A stretch of 64,000 nucleotides of DNA. Source: Eledone cirrhosa (Eukaryota). The notes beneath the pieces were generated by a model, which was given only the letters and a program-made list of their open reading frames with translations, did not search any database and was not told the origin of the DNA. Where the stretch lies: the NCBI GenBank assembly GCA_964016885.1, contig OZ024740.1:3286001-3350000 (forward strand). Reading direction: 5' to 3'. Position 1 is the first letter of the stretch; every line of letters starts with the position of its first letter. A program made the translations under genes and the position numbers. This document shows positions 28,391-43,500 of the stretch, piece by piece.

Positions 28391-31300
28391 GTTGTACCAA
28401 ACTAGATAGATCAGACAACACAGGCAGTCCAAGTTGTACCAAACTAGATAGATCAGACAATACAGGCAGTCCAAGTTGTACCAAACTACATAGATCAGAC
28501 AATACAGGCAGTCCAAGTTGTACCAAACTACATAGATCAGACAACACAGGGTGTCCAAGTTGTACCAAACTACATAGATCAGACAACAGAGGCAGTCCAA
28601 GTTGTACCAAACTACATAGATCAGACAACACAGGCAGTCCAAGTTGTACCAAACTACATAGATCAGACAATACAGGCAGTCCAAGTTGTACCATACCAGA
28701 TAGATCAGACAATACAGGCAGTCCAAGTTGTACCAAACTACATAGATCAGACAATACAGGCAGTCCAAGTTGTACCAAACTACATAGATCAGACAACACA
28801 GGCAGTCCAAGTTGTACCAAACTACATAGATCAGACAATACAGGCAGTCCAAGTTGTACCAAACTAGATATATCAGACAACACAGGCAGTCCAAGTTGTA
28901 CCAAACTAGATAGATCAGACAATACAGGCAGTCCAAGTTGTACCAAACTACATAGATCAGACAATACAGGCAGTCCAAGTTGTACCAAACTACATAGATC
29001 AGACAACACAGGCAGTCCAAGTTGTACCAAACTACATAGATCAGACAACACAGGGTGTCCAGGTTGTACCAAACTACATAGATCAGACAACACAGGGTGT
29101 CCAAGTTGTAACAAACTACATAGATCAGACAACACAGGCAGTCCAAGTTGTACCAAACTACATAGATCAGACAACACAGGCAGTCCAAGTTGTACCAAAC
29201 TACATAGATCAGACAACACAGGGTGTCCAGGTTGTACCAAACTACATAGATCAGACAACACAGGCAGTCCAAGTCGTACCAAACTACATAGATCAGACAA
29301 CACAGGCAGTCCAAGTTATACCAAACTACATAGATAAGACAACACAGGCAGTCCAAGTTATACCAAACTACATAGATCAGACAATATAGGCAGTCCAATT
29401 TGTACCAAACTACATAGATCAGACAACACAGGCAGTCCAAATTGTACCAAACTACATAGATCAGACAATACAGGCAGTCCAAGTTGTACCAAACTACATA
29501 GATCAGACAATACAGGCAGAACAAGTTGTACCAAACTACATAGGTCAGACAATACAGGCAGTCCAAGTTGTACCAAACTACATAGATCAGACAATACAGG
29601 CAGTCCAAGTTGTACCAAACTACATAGATCAGACAACACAGGCAGTCCAAGTTGTACCAAACTACATAGATCAGACAATACAGGCAGTCCAAGTTGTACC
29701 AAACTACATAGATCAGACAATACAGGCAGTCCAAGTTGTACCAAACTACATAGGTCAGACAATACAGGCAGTCCAAGTTGTACCAAACTACATAGATCAG
29801 ACAACACAGGCAGTCCAAGTTGTACCAAACTAGATAGATCAGACAACACAGGCAGTCCAGGTTATACCAAACTACATAGATCAGACAACACAGGCAGTCC
29901 AAGTTATACCAAACTACATAGATCAGACAATACAGGCAGTCCAAGTTGTACCAAACTACATAGATCAGACAACACAGGCAGTCCAAGTTGTACCAAACTA
30001 CATAGATCAGACAACACAGGCAGTCCAAGTTCTACCAAACTACATAGATCAGACAATACAGGCAGTCCAAGTTGTACCAAACTACATAGATCAGACAACA
30101 CAGGCAGTCCAGGTTATACCAAACTACATAGATCAGACAACACAGGCAGTCCAAGTTGTACCAAACTACATAGATCAGACAAGACAGGCAGTCCAAGTTG
30201 TACCAAACTACATAGATCAGACAACACAGGCAGTCCAAGTTGTACCAAACTACATAGATCAGACAATACAGGCAGTCCAAGTTGTACCAAACTACATAGA
30301 TCAGACAACACAGGCAGTCCAAGTTGTACCAAACTACATAGATCAGACAACACAGGCAGTCCAAGTTGTACCAAACTACATAGATCAGACAATACAGGCA
30401 GTCCAAGTTGTACCAAACTACATAGATCAGACAACACAGGCAGTCCAGGTTATACCAAACTACATAGATCAGACAACACAGGCAGTCCAAGTTATACCAA
30501 ACTACATAGATCAGACAATACAGGCAGTCCAAGTTGTACCAAACTACATAGATCAGACAACACAGGCAGTCCAGGTTATACCAAACTACATAGATCAGAC
30601 AACACAGGCAGTCCAAGTTGTACCAAACTACATAGATCAGACAATACAGGCAGTCCAAGTTGTACCAAACTACATAGTTCAGACAACACAGGCAGTCCAA
30701 GTTGTACCAAACTACATAGATCAGACAACACAGGCAGTCCAAGTTGTACCAAACTATATAGATCAGACAACACAGGCAGTCCAAGTTGTACCAAACTACA
30801 TAGATCAGACAATACAGGCAGTCCAAGTTGTACCAAACAACATAGGTCAGACAATACAGGCAGTCCAAGTTGTACCAAACTACATAGATCAGACAATACA
30901 GGCAGTCCAAGTTGTGCCAAACTAGATAGATCAGACAACACAGGCAGTCCAAGTTGTACCAAACTACATAGATCAGACAATACAGGCAGTCCAAGTTGTA
31001 CCAAACTAGATAGATCAGACAACACAGGCAGTCCAAGTTGTACCAAACTACATAGATCAGACAATACAGGCAGTTCAAGTTGTACCAAACTACATAGATC
31101 AGACAATACAGGCAGTCCAAGTTGTACCAAACTACATAGATCAGACAACACAGGCAGTCCAAGTTGTACCAAACTACATAGATCAGACAATACAGGCAGT
31201 CCAAGTTGTACCAAACTACATAGATCAGACAATACAGGCAGTCCAAGTTGTACCAAACTACATAGATCAGACAACACATGCAGTCCATGTTGTACCAAAC

Positions 31301-34300
31301 TACATAGATCAGACAACACAGGCAGTCCAAGTTGTAGCAGACTACATAGATCAGACAACACAGGCAGTCCAAGTTGTACCAAACTACATAGATCAGACAA
31401 CACAGGCAGTCCAAGTTGTACCAAACTACATAGATCAGACAACACAGGCAGTCCAAGTTGTACCAAACTACATAGATCAGACAACACAGGCAGTCCAAGT
31501 TGTACCAAACTACATAGATCAGACAACACAAGCAGTCCAAGTTGTACCAAACTACATAGATCAGACAACACAGGCAGTCCAAGTTGTACCAAACTACATA
31601 GATCAGACAACACAGGCAGACCAAGTTGTACCAAACTAGATAGATCAGACAACACAGGCAGTCCAAGTTGTACCAAACTACATAGATCAGTCAACACAGG
31701 CAGTCCAAGTTGTACCAAACTAGATAGATCAGACAATACAGGCAGTCCAAGTTGTACCAAACTACATAGATCAGACAACACAGGCAGTCCAAGTTGTACC
31801 AAACTACATAGATCAGACAACACAGGCAGTCCAAGTTGTACCAAACTAGATAGATCAGTCAACAGAGGCAGTCCAAGTTGTACCAAACTACATAGATCAG
31901 TCAACACAGGCAGTCCAAGTTGTACCAAACTAGATAGATCAGACAATACAGGCAGTCCAAGTTGTACCAAACTACATAGATCAGACAACACAGGCAGTCC
32001 AAGTTGTACCAAACTACATAGATCAGACAATACAGGCAGTCCAAGTTGTACCAAACTAGATAGATCAGACAACACAGGCAGTCCAAGTTGTACCAAACTA
32101 GATAGAGCAGACAATACAGGCAGTCCAAGTTGTACCAAACTACATAGATCAGACAATACATGCAGTCCAAGTTGTACCAAACTACATAGATCAGACAATA
32201 CAGGCAGTCCAAGTTGTACCAAACTACATAGATCAGACAACACAGGCAGTCCAAGTTGTACCAAACTACATAAATCAGACAATAAAGGCAGTCCAAGTTG
32301 TACCAAACTACATAGATCAGACAATACAGGCAGTCCAAGTTGTACCAAACTACATAGATCAGACAATACAGGCAGACCAAGTTGTACCAAACTAGATAGA
32401 TCAGACAACACAGGCAGTCCAATTTGTACCAAACTACATAGATCAGACAACACAGGCAGTCCAAGTTGTACCAAACTACATAGATCAGTCAACACAGGCA
32501 GTCCAAGTTGTACCAAACTACATAGATCAGACAACACAGGCAGTCCAAGTTGTACCAAACTACATAGATCAGACAATATAGGCAGTCCAAGTTGTACCAA
32601 ACTACATAGATCAGACAATACAGGCAGTCCAAGTTGTACCAAACTACATAGATCAGACAATACAGGCAGTCCAAGTTGTACCAAACTACATAGATCAGAC
32701 AACACAGGCAGTCCAAGTTGTACCAAACTACATAGATCAGACAATACAGGCAGTCCAAGTTATACCAAACTACATAGATCAGACAACACAGGCAGTCCAA
32801 GTTATACCAAACTACATAGATCAGACAATACAGGCAGTCCAAGTTGTACCAAACTACATAGATCAGACAATACAGGCAGTCCAAGTTGTACCAAACTACA
32901 TAGGTCAGACAATACAGGCAGTCCAAGTTGTACCAAACTACATAGGTCAGACAATACAGGCAGTCCAAGTTGTACCAAACTACATAGATCAGACAACACA
33001 GGCAGTCCAAGTTGTACCAAACTACATAGATCAGACAACACAGGCAGTCCAAGTTGTACCAAACTACATAGATCAGACAACACAGGCAGTCCAAGTTGTA
33101 CCAAACTACATAGATCAGACAATACAGGCAGTCCAAGTTGTACCAAACTACATAGATCAGACAACACAGGCAGTCCAAGTTGTACCAAACTAGATAGAGC
33201 AGACAATACAGGCAGTCCAAGTTGTACCAAACTACATAGATCAGACAATACAGGCACTCCAAGTTGTACCAAACTATATAGATCAGACAATACAGGCAGT
33301 CCAAGTTGTACCAAACTACATAGATCAGACAACACAGGCAGTCCAAGTTGTACCAAACTACATAAATCAGACAATAAAGGCAGTCCAAGTTGTACCAAAC
33401 TACATAGATCAGACAATACAGGCAGTCCAAGTTGTACCAAACTACATAGATCAGACAACACAGGCAGTCCAATTTGTACCAAACTACATAGATCAGACAA
33501 CACAGGCAGTCCAAGTTGTACCAAACTACATAGATCAGTCAACACAGGCAGTCCAAGTTGTACCAAACTACATAGATCAGACAACACAGGCAGTCCAAGT
33601 TGTACCAAACTACATAGATCAGACAATACAGGCAGTCCAAGTTATACCAAACTACATAGATCAGACAATACAGGCAGTCCAAGTTGTACCAAACTACATA
33701 GATCAGACAATACAGGCAGTCCAAGTTGTACCAAACTACATAGGTCAGAAAATACAGGCAGTCCAAGTTGTACCAAACTACATAGATCAGACAATACAGG
33801 GAGTCCAAGTTGTACCAAACTAGATAGATCAGACAACACAGGCAGTCCAAGTTGTACCAAACTACATAGATCAGACAATACAGGCAGTCCAAGTTGTACC
33901 AAACTAGATAGATCAGACAACACAGGCAGTCCAAGTTGTACCAAACTACATAGATCAGACAATACAGGCAGTCCAAGTTGTACCAAACTACATAGATCAG
34001 ACAATACAGGCAGTCCAAGTTGTACCAAACTACATAGATCAGACAACACAGGCAGTCCAAGTTGTACCAAACTACATAGATCAGACAATACAGGCAGTCC
34101 AAGTTATACCAAACTACATAGATCAGACAACACAGGCAGTCCAAGTTATACCAAACTACATAGATCAGACAATACAGGCAGTCCAAGTTGTACCAAACTA
34201 CATAGATCAGACAATACAGGCAGTCCAAGTTGTACCAAACTTCATAGGTCAGACAATACAGGCAGTCCAAGTTGTACCAAACTACATAGGTCAGACAATA

Positions 34301-34541
34301 CAGGCAGTCCAAGTTGTACCAAACTACATAGATCAGACAACACAGGCAGTCCAAGTTGTACCAAACTACATAGATCAGACAACACAGGCAGTCCAAGTTG
34401 CACAAAACTACATAGATCAGACAATACAGGCAGTCCAAGTTGTACCAAACTACATAGATCAGACAATACAGGCAGTCCAAGTTGTACCAAACTACATAGA
34501 TCAGACAACACAGGCAGTCCAAGTTGTACCAAACTACATAG

Positions 34542-37500
34542 ATCAGACAACACAGGCAGTCCAAGTTGTACCAAACTACATAGATCAGACAACACAGGCA
34601 GTCCAAGTTGTACCAAACTACATAGATCAGACAATACAGGCAGTCCAAGTTGTACCAAACTACATAGATCAGACAACACAGGCAGTCCAAGTTGTACCAA
34701 ACTACATAGATCAGACAACACAGGGTGTCCAAGTTGTACCAAACTACATAGATCAGACAACACAGGCAGTCCAAGTTGTACCAAACTAGATAGATCAGAC
34801 AATACAGGCAGTCCAAGTTGTACCAAACTACATAGATCAGACAATACAGGCAGTCCAAGTTGTACCAAACTACATAGATCAGACAACACAGGCAGTCCAA
34901 GTTGTACCAAACTACATAGATCAGACAACACAGGCAGTCCAAGTTGTACCAAACTACATAGATCAGACAACACAGGCAGTCCAAGTTGTACCAAACTAGA
35001 TAGATCAGACAACACAGGCAGTCCAAGTTGTACCAAACTACATAGATCAGACAATACAGGCAGTCCAAGTTGTACCAAACTACATAGATCAGACAACACA
35101 GGCAGTCCAAGTTGTACCAAACTAGATAGATCAGACAACACAGGCAGTCCAAGTTGTACCAAACTACATAGATCAGACAATACAGGCAGTCCAAGTTGTA
35201 CCAAACTACATAGATCAGACAATACAGGCAGTCCAAGTTGTACCAAACTACATAGATCAGACAACACATGCAGTCCATGTTGTACCAAACTACATAGATC
35301 AGACAACACAGGCAGTCCAAGTTGTAGCAGACTACATAGATCAGACAACACAGGCAGTCCAAGTTGTACCAAACTACATAGATCAGACAACACAGGCAGT
35401 CCAAGTTGTACCAAACTACATAGATCAGACAACACAGGCAGTCCAAGTTGTACCAAACTACATAGATCAGACAACACAGGCAGTCCAAGTTGTACCAAAC
35501 TACATAGATCAGACAACACAAGCAGTCCAAGTTGTACCAAACTACATAGATCAGACAACACAGGCAGTCCAAGTTGTACCAAACTACATAGATCAGACAA
35601 CACAGGCAGACCAAGTTGTACCAAACTAGATAGATCAGACAACACAGGCAGTCCAAGTTGTACCAAACTACATAGATCAGTCAACACAGGCAGTCCAAGT
35701 TGTACCAAACTAGATAGATCAGACAATACAGGCAGTCCAAGTTGTACCAAACTACATAGATCAGACAACACAGGCAGTCCAAGTTGTACCAAACTACATA
35801 GATCAGACAACACAGGCAGTCCAAGTTGTACCAAACTAGATAGATCAGTCAACAGAGGCAGTCCAAGTTGTACCAAACTACATAGATCAGTCAACACAGG
35901 CAGTCCAAGTTGTACCAAACTAGATAGATCAGACAATACAGGCAGTCCAAGTTGTACCAAACTACATAGATCAGACAACACAGGCAGTCCAAGTTGTACC
36001 AAACTACATAGATCAGACAATACAGGCAGTCCAAGTTGTACCAAACTAGATAGATCAGACAACACAGGCAGTCCAAGTTGTACCAAACTAGATAGAGCAG
36101 ACAATACAGGCAGTCCAAGTTGTACCAAACTACATAGATCAGACAATACATGCAGTCCAAGTTGTACCAAACTACATAGATCAGACAATACAGGCAGTCC
36201 AAGTTGTACCAAACTACATAGATCAGACAACACAGGCAGTCCAAGTTGTACCAAACTACATAAATCAGACAATAAAGGCAGTCCAAGTTGTACCAAACTA
36301 CATAGATCAGACAATACAGGCAGTCCAAGTTGTACCAAACTACATAGATCAGACAATACAGGCAGACCAAGTTGTACCAAACTAGATAGATCAGACAACA
36401 CAGGCAGTCCAATTTGTACCAAACTACATAGATCAGACAACACAGGCAGTCCAAGTTGTACCAAACTACATAGATCAGTCAACACAGGCAGTCCAAGTTG
36501 TACCAAACTACATAGATCAGACAATACAGGCAGTCCAAGTTGTACCAAACTACATAGGTCAGACAATACAGGCAGTCCAAGTTGTACCAAACTACATAGG
36601 TCAGACAATACAGGCAGTCCAAGTTGTACCAAACTACATAGATCAGACAACACAGGCAGTCCAAGTTGTACCAAACTACATAGATCAGACAACACAGGCA
36701 GTCCAAGTTGTACCAAACTACATAGATCAGACAACACAGGCAGTCCAAGTTGTACCAAACTACATAGATCAGACAATACAGGCAGTCCAAGTTGTACCAA
36801 ACTACATAGATCAGACAACACAGGCAGTCCAAGTTGTACCAAACTAGATAGAGCAGACAATACAGGCAGTCCAAGTTGTACCAAACTACATAGATCAGAC
36901 AATACAGGCACTCCAAGTTGTACCAAACTATATAGATCAGACAATACAGGCAGTCCAAGTTGTACCAAACTACATAGATCAGACAACACAGGCAGTCCAA
37001 GTTGTACCAAACTACATAAATCAGACAATAAAGGCAGTCCAAGTTGTACCAAACTACATAGATCAGACAATACAGGCAGTCCAAGTTGTACCAAACTACA
37101 TAGATCAGACAACACAGGCAGTCCAATTTGTACCAAACTACATAGATCAGACAACACAGGCAGTCCAAGTTGTACCAAACTACATAGATCAGTCAACACA
37201 GGCAGTCCAAGTTGTACCAAACTACATAGATCAGACAACACAGGCAGTCCAAGTTGTACCAAACTACATAGATCAGACAATACAGGCAGTCCAAGTTGTA
37301 CCAAACTACATAGATCAGACAATACAGGCAGTCCAAGTTGTACCAAACTACATAGATCAGACAATACAGGCAGTCCAAGTTGTACCAGACTACATAGATC
37401 AGACAATACAGGCAGTCCAAGTTGTACCAAACTACATAGGTCAGAAAATACAGGCAGTCCAAGTTGTACCAAACTACATAGATCAGACAATACAGGGAGT

Positions 37501-40500
37501 CCAAGTTGTACCAAACTAGATAGATCAGACAACACAGGCAGTCCAAGTTGTACCAAACTACATAGATCAGACAATACAGGCAGTCCAAGTTGTACCAAAC
37601 TAGATAGATCAGACAACACAGGCAGTCCAAGTTGTACCAAACTACATAGATCAGACAATACAGGCAGTCCAAGTTGTACCAAACTACATAGATCAGACAA
37701 TACAGGCAGTCCAAGTTGTACCAAACTACATAGATCAGACAACACAGGCAGTCCAAGTTGTACCAAACTACATAGATCAGACAATACAGGCAGTCCAAGT
37801 TATACCAAACTACATAGATCAGACAACACAGGCAGTCCAAGTTATACCAAACTACATAGATCAGACAATACAGGCAGTCCAAGTTGTACCAAACTACATA
37901 GATCAGACAATACAGGCAGTCCAAGTTGTACCAAACTTCATAGGTCAGACAATACAGGCAGTCCAAGTTGTACCAAACTACATAGGTCAGACAATACAGG
38001 CAGTCCAAGTTGTACCAAACTACATAGATCAGACAACACAGGCAGTCCAAGTTGTACCAAACTACATAGATCAGACAACACAGGCAGTCCAAGTTGTACA
38101 AAACTACATAGATCAGACAATACAGGCAGTCCAAGTTGTACCAAACTACATAGATCAGACAATACAGGCAGTCCAAGTTGTACCAAACTACATAGATCAG
38201 ACAACACAGGCAGTCCAAGTTGTACCAAACTACATAGATCAGACAACACAGGCAGTCCAAGTTGTACCAAACTACATAGATCAGACAACACAGGCAGTCC
38301 AAGTTGTACCAAACTACATAGATCAGACAATACAGGCAGTCCAAGTTGTACCAAACTACATAGATCAGACAACACAGGCAGTCCAAGTTGTACCAAACTA
38401 CATAGATCAGACAACACAGGGTGTCCAAGTTGTACCAAACTACATAGATCAGACAACACAGGCAGTCCAAGTTGTACCAAACTAGATAGATCAGACAATA
38501 CAGGCAGTCCAAGTTGTACCAAACTACATAGATCAGACAATACAGGCAGTCCAAGTTGTACCAAACTACATAGATCAGACAACACAGGCAGTCCAAGTTG
38601 TACCAAACTACATAGATCAGACAACACAGGCAGTCCAAGTTGTACCAAACTACATAGATCAGACAACACAGGCAGTCCAAGTTGTACCAAACTAGATAGA
38701 TCAGACAACACAGGCAGTCCAAGTTGTACCAAACTACATAGATCAGACAACACAGGCAGTCCAAGTTGTACCAAACTACATAGGTCAGACAACACAGGCA
38801 GTCCAAGTTGTACCAAACTATATAGATCAGACAATACAGGCAGTCCAAGTTGTACCAAACTACATAGATTAGACAACACAGGCAGTCCAAGTTGTACCAA
38901 ACTACATAGGTCAGACAACACAGGCAGTCCAAGTTGTACCAAACTACATAGGTCAGACAACACAGGCAGTCCAAGTTGTACCAAACTAGATAGATCAGAC
39001 AATACAGGCAGTCCAAGTTGTACCAAACTACATAGATCAGACAATACAGGCAGTCCAAGTTGTACCAAACTACATAGATCAGACAACACAGGCAGTCCAA
39101 GTTGTACCAAACTACATAGATCAGACAATACAGGCAGTCCAAGTTGTACCAAACTAGAAAGATCAGACAACACAGGCAGTCGAAGTTGTACCAAACTAGA
39201 TAGATCAGACAATACAGGCAGTCCAAGTTGTACCAAACTACATAGATCAGACAATACAGGCAGTCCAAGTTGTACCAAACTACATAGATCAGACAACACA
39301 GGCAGTCCAAGTTGTACCAAACTACATAGATCAGACAACACAGGCAGTCCAAGTTGTACCAAACTACATAGATCAGACAACACAGGGTGTCCAGGTTGTA
39401 CCAAACTACATAGATCAGACAACACAGGGTGTCCAAGTTGTACCAAACTACATAGATCAGACAACACAGGCAGTCCAAGTCGTACCAAACTAGATAGATC
39501 AGACAACACAGGCAGTCCAAGTTGTACCAAACTACATAGATCAGACAACACGGGCAGTCCAAGTTGTACCAAACTACATAGATCAGACAACACAGGCAGT
39601 CCAAGTCGTACCAAACTACATAGATCAGACAACACAGGCAGTCCAGGTTATACCAAACTACATAGATCAGACAACACAGGGTGTCCAAGTTGTACCAAAC
39701 TACATAGATCAGACAACACAGGCAGTCCAAGTTGTACCAAACTAGATAGATCAGACAATACAGGCAGTCCAAGTTGTACCAAACTACATAGATCAGACAA
39801 TACAGGCAGTCCAAGTTGTACCAAACTACATAGATCAGACAACACAGGCAGTCCAAGTTGTACCAAACTACATAGATCAGACAACATAGGCAGTCCAAGT
39901 CGTACCAAACTACATAGATCAGACAACACAGGCAGTCCAAGTTGTACCAAACTAGATAGATCAGACAACACAGGCAGTCCAAGTTGTACCAAACTATATA
40001 GATCAGACAATACAGGCAGTCCAAGTTGTACCAAACTACATAGATCAGACAATACAGGCAGTCCAAGTTGTACCAAACTACATAGATCAGACAACACAGG
40101 GTGTCCAAGTTGTACCAAACTACATAGATCAGACAACACAGGCAGTCCAAGTTGTACCAAACTACATAGATCAGACAACACAGGCAGTCCAAGTTGTACC
40201 AAACTACATAGATCAGACAATACAGGCAGTCCAAGTTGTACCACACCAGATAGATCAGACAATACAGGCAGTCCAAGTTGTACCAAACTACATAGATCAG
40301 ACAATACAGGCAGTCCAAGTTGTACCAAACTACATAGATCAGACAACACAGGCAGTCCAAGTTGTACCAAACTACATAGATCAGACAATACAGGCAGTCC
40401 AAGTTGTACCAAACTAGATATATCAGACAACACAGGCAGTCCAAGTTGTACCAAACTACATAGATCAGACAACACAGGCAGTCCAAGTTGTACCAAACTA

Positions 40501-43500
40501 CATAGATCAGACAATACAGGCAGTCCAAGTTGTACCAAACTACATAGATCAGACAACACAGGCAGTCCAAGTTGTACCAAACTACATAGATCAGACAACA
40601 CAGGGTGTCCAAGTTGTACCAAACTACATAGATCAGACAACACAGGCAGTCCAAGTTGTACCAAACTAGATAGATCAGACAATACAGGCAGTCCAAGTTG
40701 TACCAAACTACATAGATCAGACAATACAGGCAGTCCAAGTTGTACCAAACTACATAGATCAGACAACACAGGCAGTCCAAGTTGTACCAAACTACATAGA
40801 TCAGACAACACAGGCAGTCCAAGTTGTACCAAACTACATAGATCAGACAACACAGGCAGTCCAAGTTGTACCAAACTAGATAGATCAGACAACACAGGCA
40901 GTCCAAGTTGTACCAAACTACATAGATCAGACAATACAGGCAGTCCAAGTTGTACCAAACTACATAGATCAGACAACACAGGCAGTCCAAGTTGTACCAA
41001 ACTAGATAGATCAGACAACACAGGCAGTCCAAGTTGTACCAAACTACATAGATCAGACAATACAGGCAGTCCAAGTTGTACCAAACTACATAGATCAGAC
41101 AATACAGGCAGTCCAAGTTGTACCAAACTACATAGATCAGACAACACATGCAGTCCATGTTGTACCAAACTACATAGATCAGACAACACAGGCAGTCCAA
41201 GTTGTAGCAGACTACATAGATCAGACAACACAGGCAGTCCAAGTTGTACCAAACTACATAGATCAGACAACACAGGCAGTCCAAGTTGTACCAAACTACA
41301 TAGATCAGACAACACAGGCAGTCCAAGTTGTACCAAACTACATAGATCAGACAACACAGGCAGTCCAAGTTGTACCAAACTACATAGATCAGACAACACA
41401 AGCAGTCCAAGTTGTACCAAACTACATAGATCAGACAACACAGGCAGTCCAAGTTGTACCAAACTACATAGATCAGACAACACAGGCAGACCAAGTTGTA
41501 CCAAACTAGATAGATCAGACAACACAGGCAGTCCAAGTTGTACCAAACTACATAGATCAGTCAACACAGGCAGTCCAAGTTGTACCAAACTAGATAGATC
41601 AGACAATACAGGCAGTCCAAGTTGTACCAAACTACATAGATCAGACAACACAGGCAGTCCAAGTTGTACCAAACTACATAGATCAGACAACACAGGCAGT
41701 CCAAGTTGTACCAAACTAGATAGATCAGTCAACAGAGGCAGTCCAAGTTGTACCAAACTACATAGATCAGTCAACACAGGCAGTCCAAGTTGTACCAAAC
41801 TAGATAGATCAGACAATACAGGCAGTCCAAGTTGTACCAAACTACATAGATCAGACAACACAGGCAGTCCAAGTTGTACCAAACTACATAGATCAGACAA
41901 TACAGGCAGTCCAAGTTGTACCAAACTAGATAGATCAGACAACACAGGCAGTCCAAGTTGTACCAAACTAGATAGAGCAGACAATACAGGCAGTCCAAGT
42001 TGTACCAAACTACATAGATCAGACAATACATGCAGTCCAAGTTGTACCAAACTACATAGATCAGACAATACAGGCAGTCCAAGTTGTACCAAACTACATA
42101 GATCAGACAACACAGGCAGTCCAAGTTGTACCAAACTACATAAATCAGACAATAAAGGCAGTCCAAGTTGTACCAAACTACATAGATCAGACAATACAGG
42201 CAGTCCAAGTTGTACCAAACTACATAGATCAGACAATACAGGCAGACCAAGTTGTACCAAACTAGATAGATCAGACAACACAGGCAGTCCAATTTGTACC
42301 AAACTACATAGATCAGACAACACAGGCAGTCCAAGTTGTACCAAACTACATAGATCAGTCAACACAGGCAGTCCAAGTTGTACCAAACTACATAGATCAG
42401 ACAATACAGGCAGTCCAAGTTGTACCAAACTACATAGGTCAGACAATACAGGCAGTCCAAGTTGTACCAAACTACATAGGTCAGACAATACAGGCAGTCC
42501 AAGTTGTACCAAACTACATAGATCAGACAACACAGGCAGTCCAAGTTGTACCAAACTACATAGATCAGACAACACAGGCAGTCCAAGTTGTACCAAACTA
42601 CATAGATCAGACAACACAGGCAGTCCAAGTTGTACCAAACTACATAGATCAGACAATACAGGCAGTCCAAGTTGTACCAAACTACATAGATCAGACAACA
42701 CAGGCAGTCCAAGTTGTACCAAACTAGATAGAGCAGACAATACAGGCAGTCCAAGTTGTACCAAACTACATAGATCAGACAATACAGGCACTCCAAGTTG
42801 TACCAAACTATATAGATCAGACAATACAGGCAGTCCAAGTTGTACCAAACTACATAGATCAGACAACACAGGCAGTCCAAGTTGTACCAAACTACATAAA
42901 TCAGACAATAAAGGCAGTCCAAGTTGTACCAAACTACATAGATCAGACAATACAGGCAGTCCAAGTTGTACCAAACTACATAGATCAGACAACACAGGCA
43001 GTCCAATTTGTACCAAACTACATAGATCAGACAACACAGGCAGTCCAAGTTGTACCAAACTACATAGATCAGTCAACACAGGCAGTCCAAGTTGTACCAA
43101 ACTACATAGATCAGACAACACAGGCAGTCCAAGTTGTACCAAACTACATAGATCAGACAATACAGGCAGTCCAAGTTGTACCAAACTACATAGATCAGAC
43201 AATACAGGCAGTCCAAGTTGTACCAAACTACATAGATCAGACAATACAGGCAGTCCAAGTTGTACCAGACTACATAGATCAGACAATACAGGCAGTCCAA
43301 GTTGTACCAAACTACATAGGTCAGAAAATACAGGCAGTCCAAGTTGTACCAAACTACATAGATCAGACAATACAGGGAGTCCAAGTTGTACCAAACTAGA
43401 TAGATCAGACAACACAGGCAGTCCAAGTTGTACCAAACTACATAGATCAGACAATACAGGCAGTCCAAGTTGTACCAAACTAGATAGATCAGACAACACA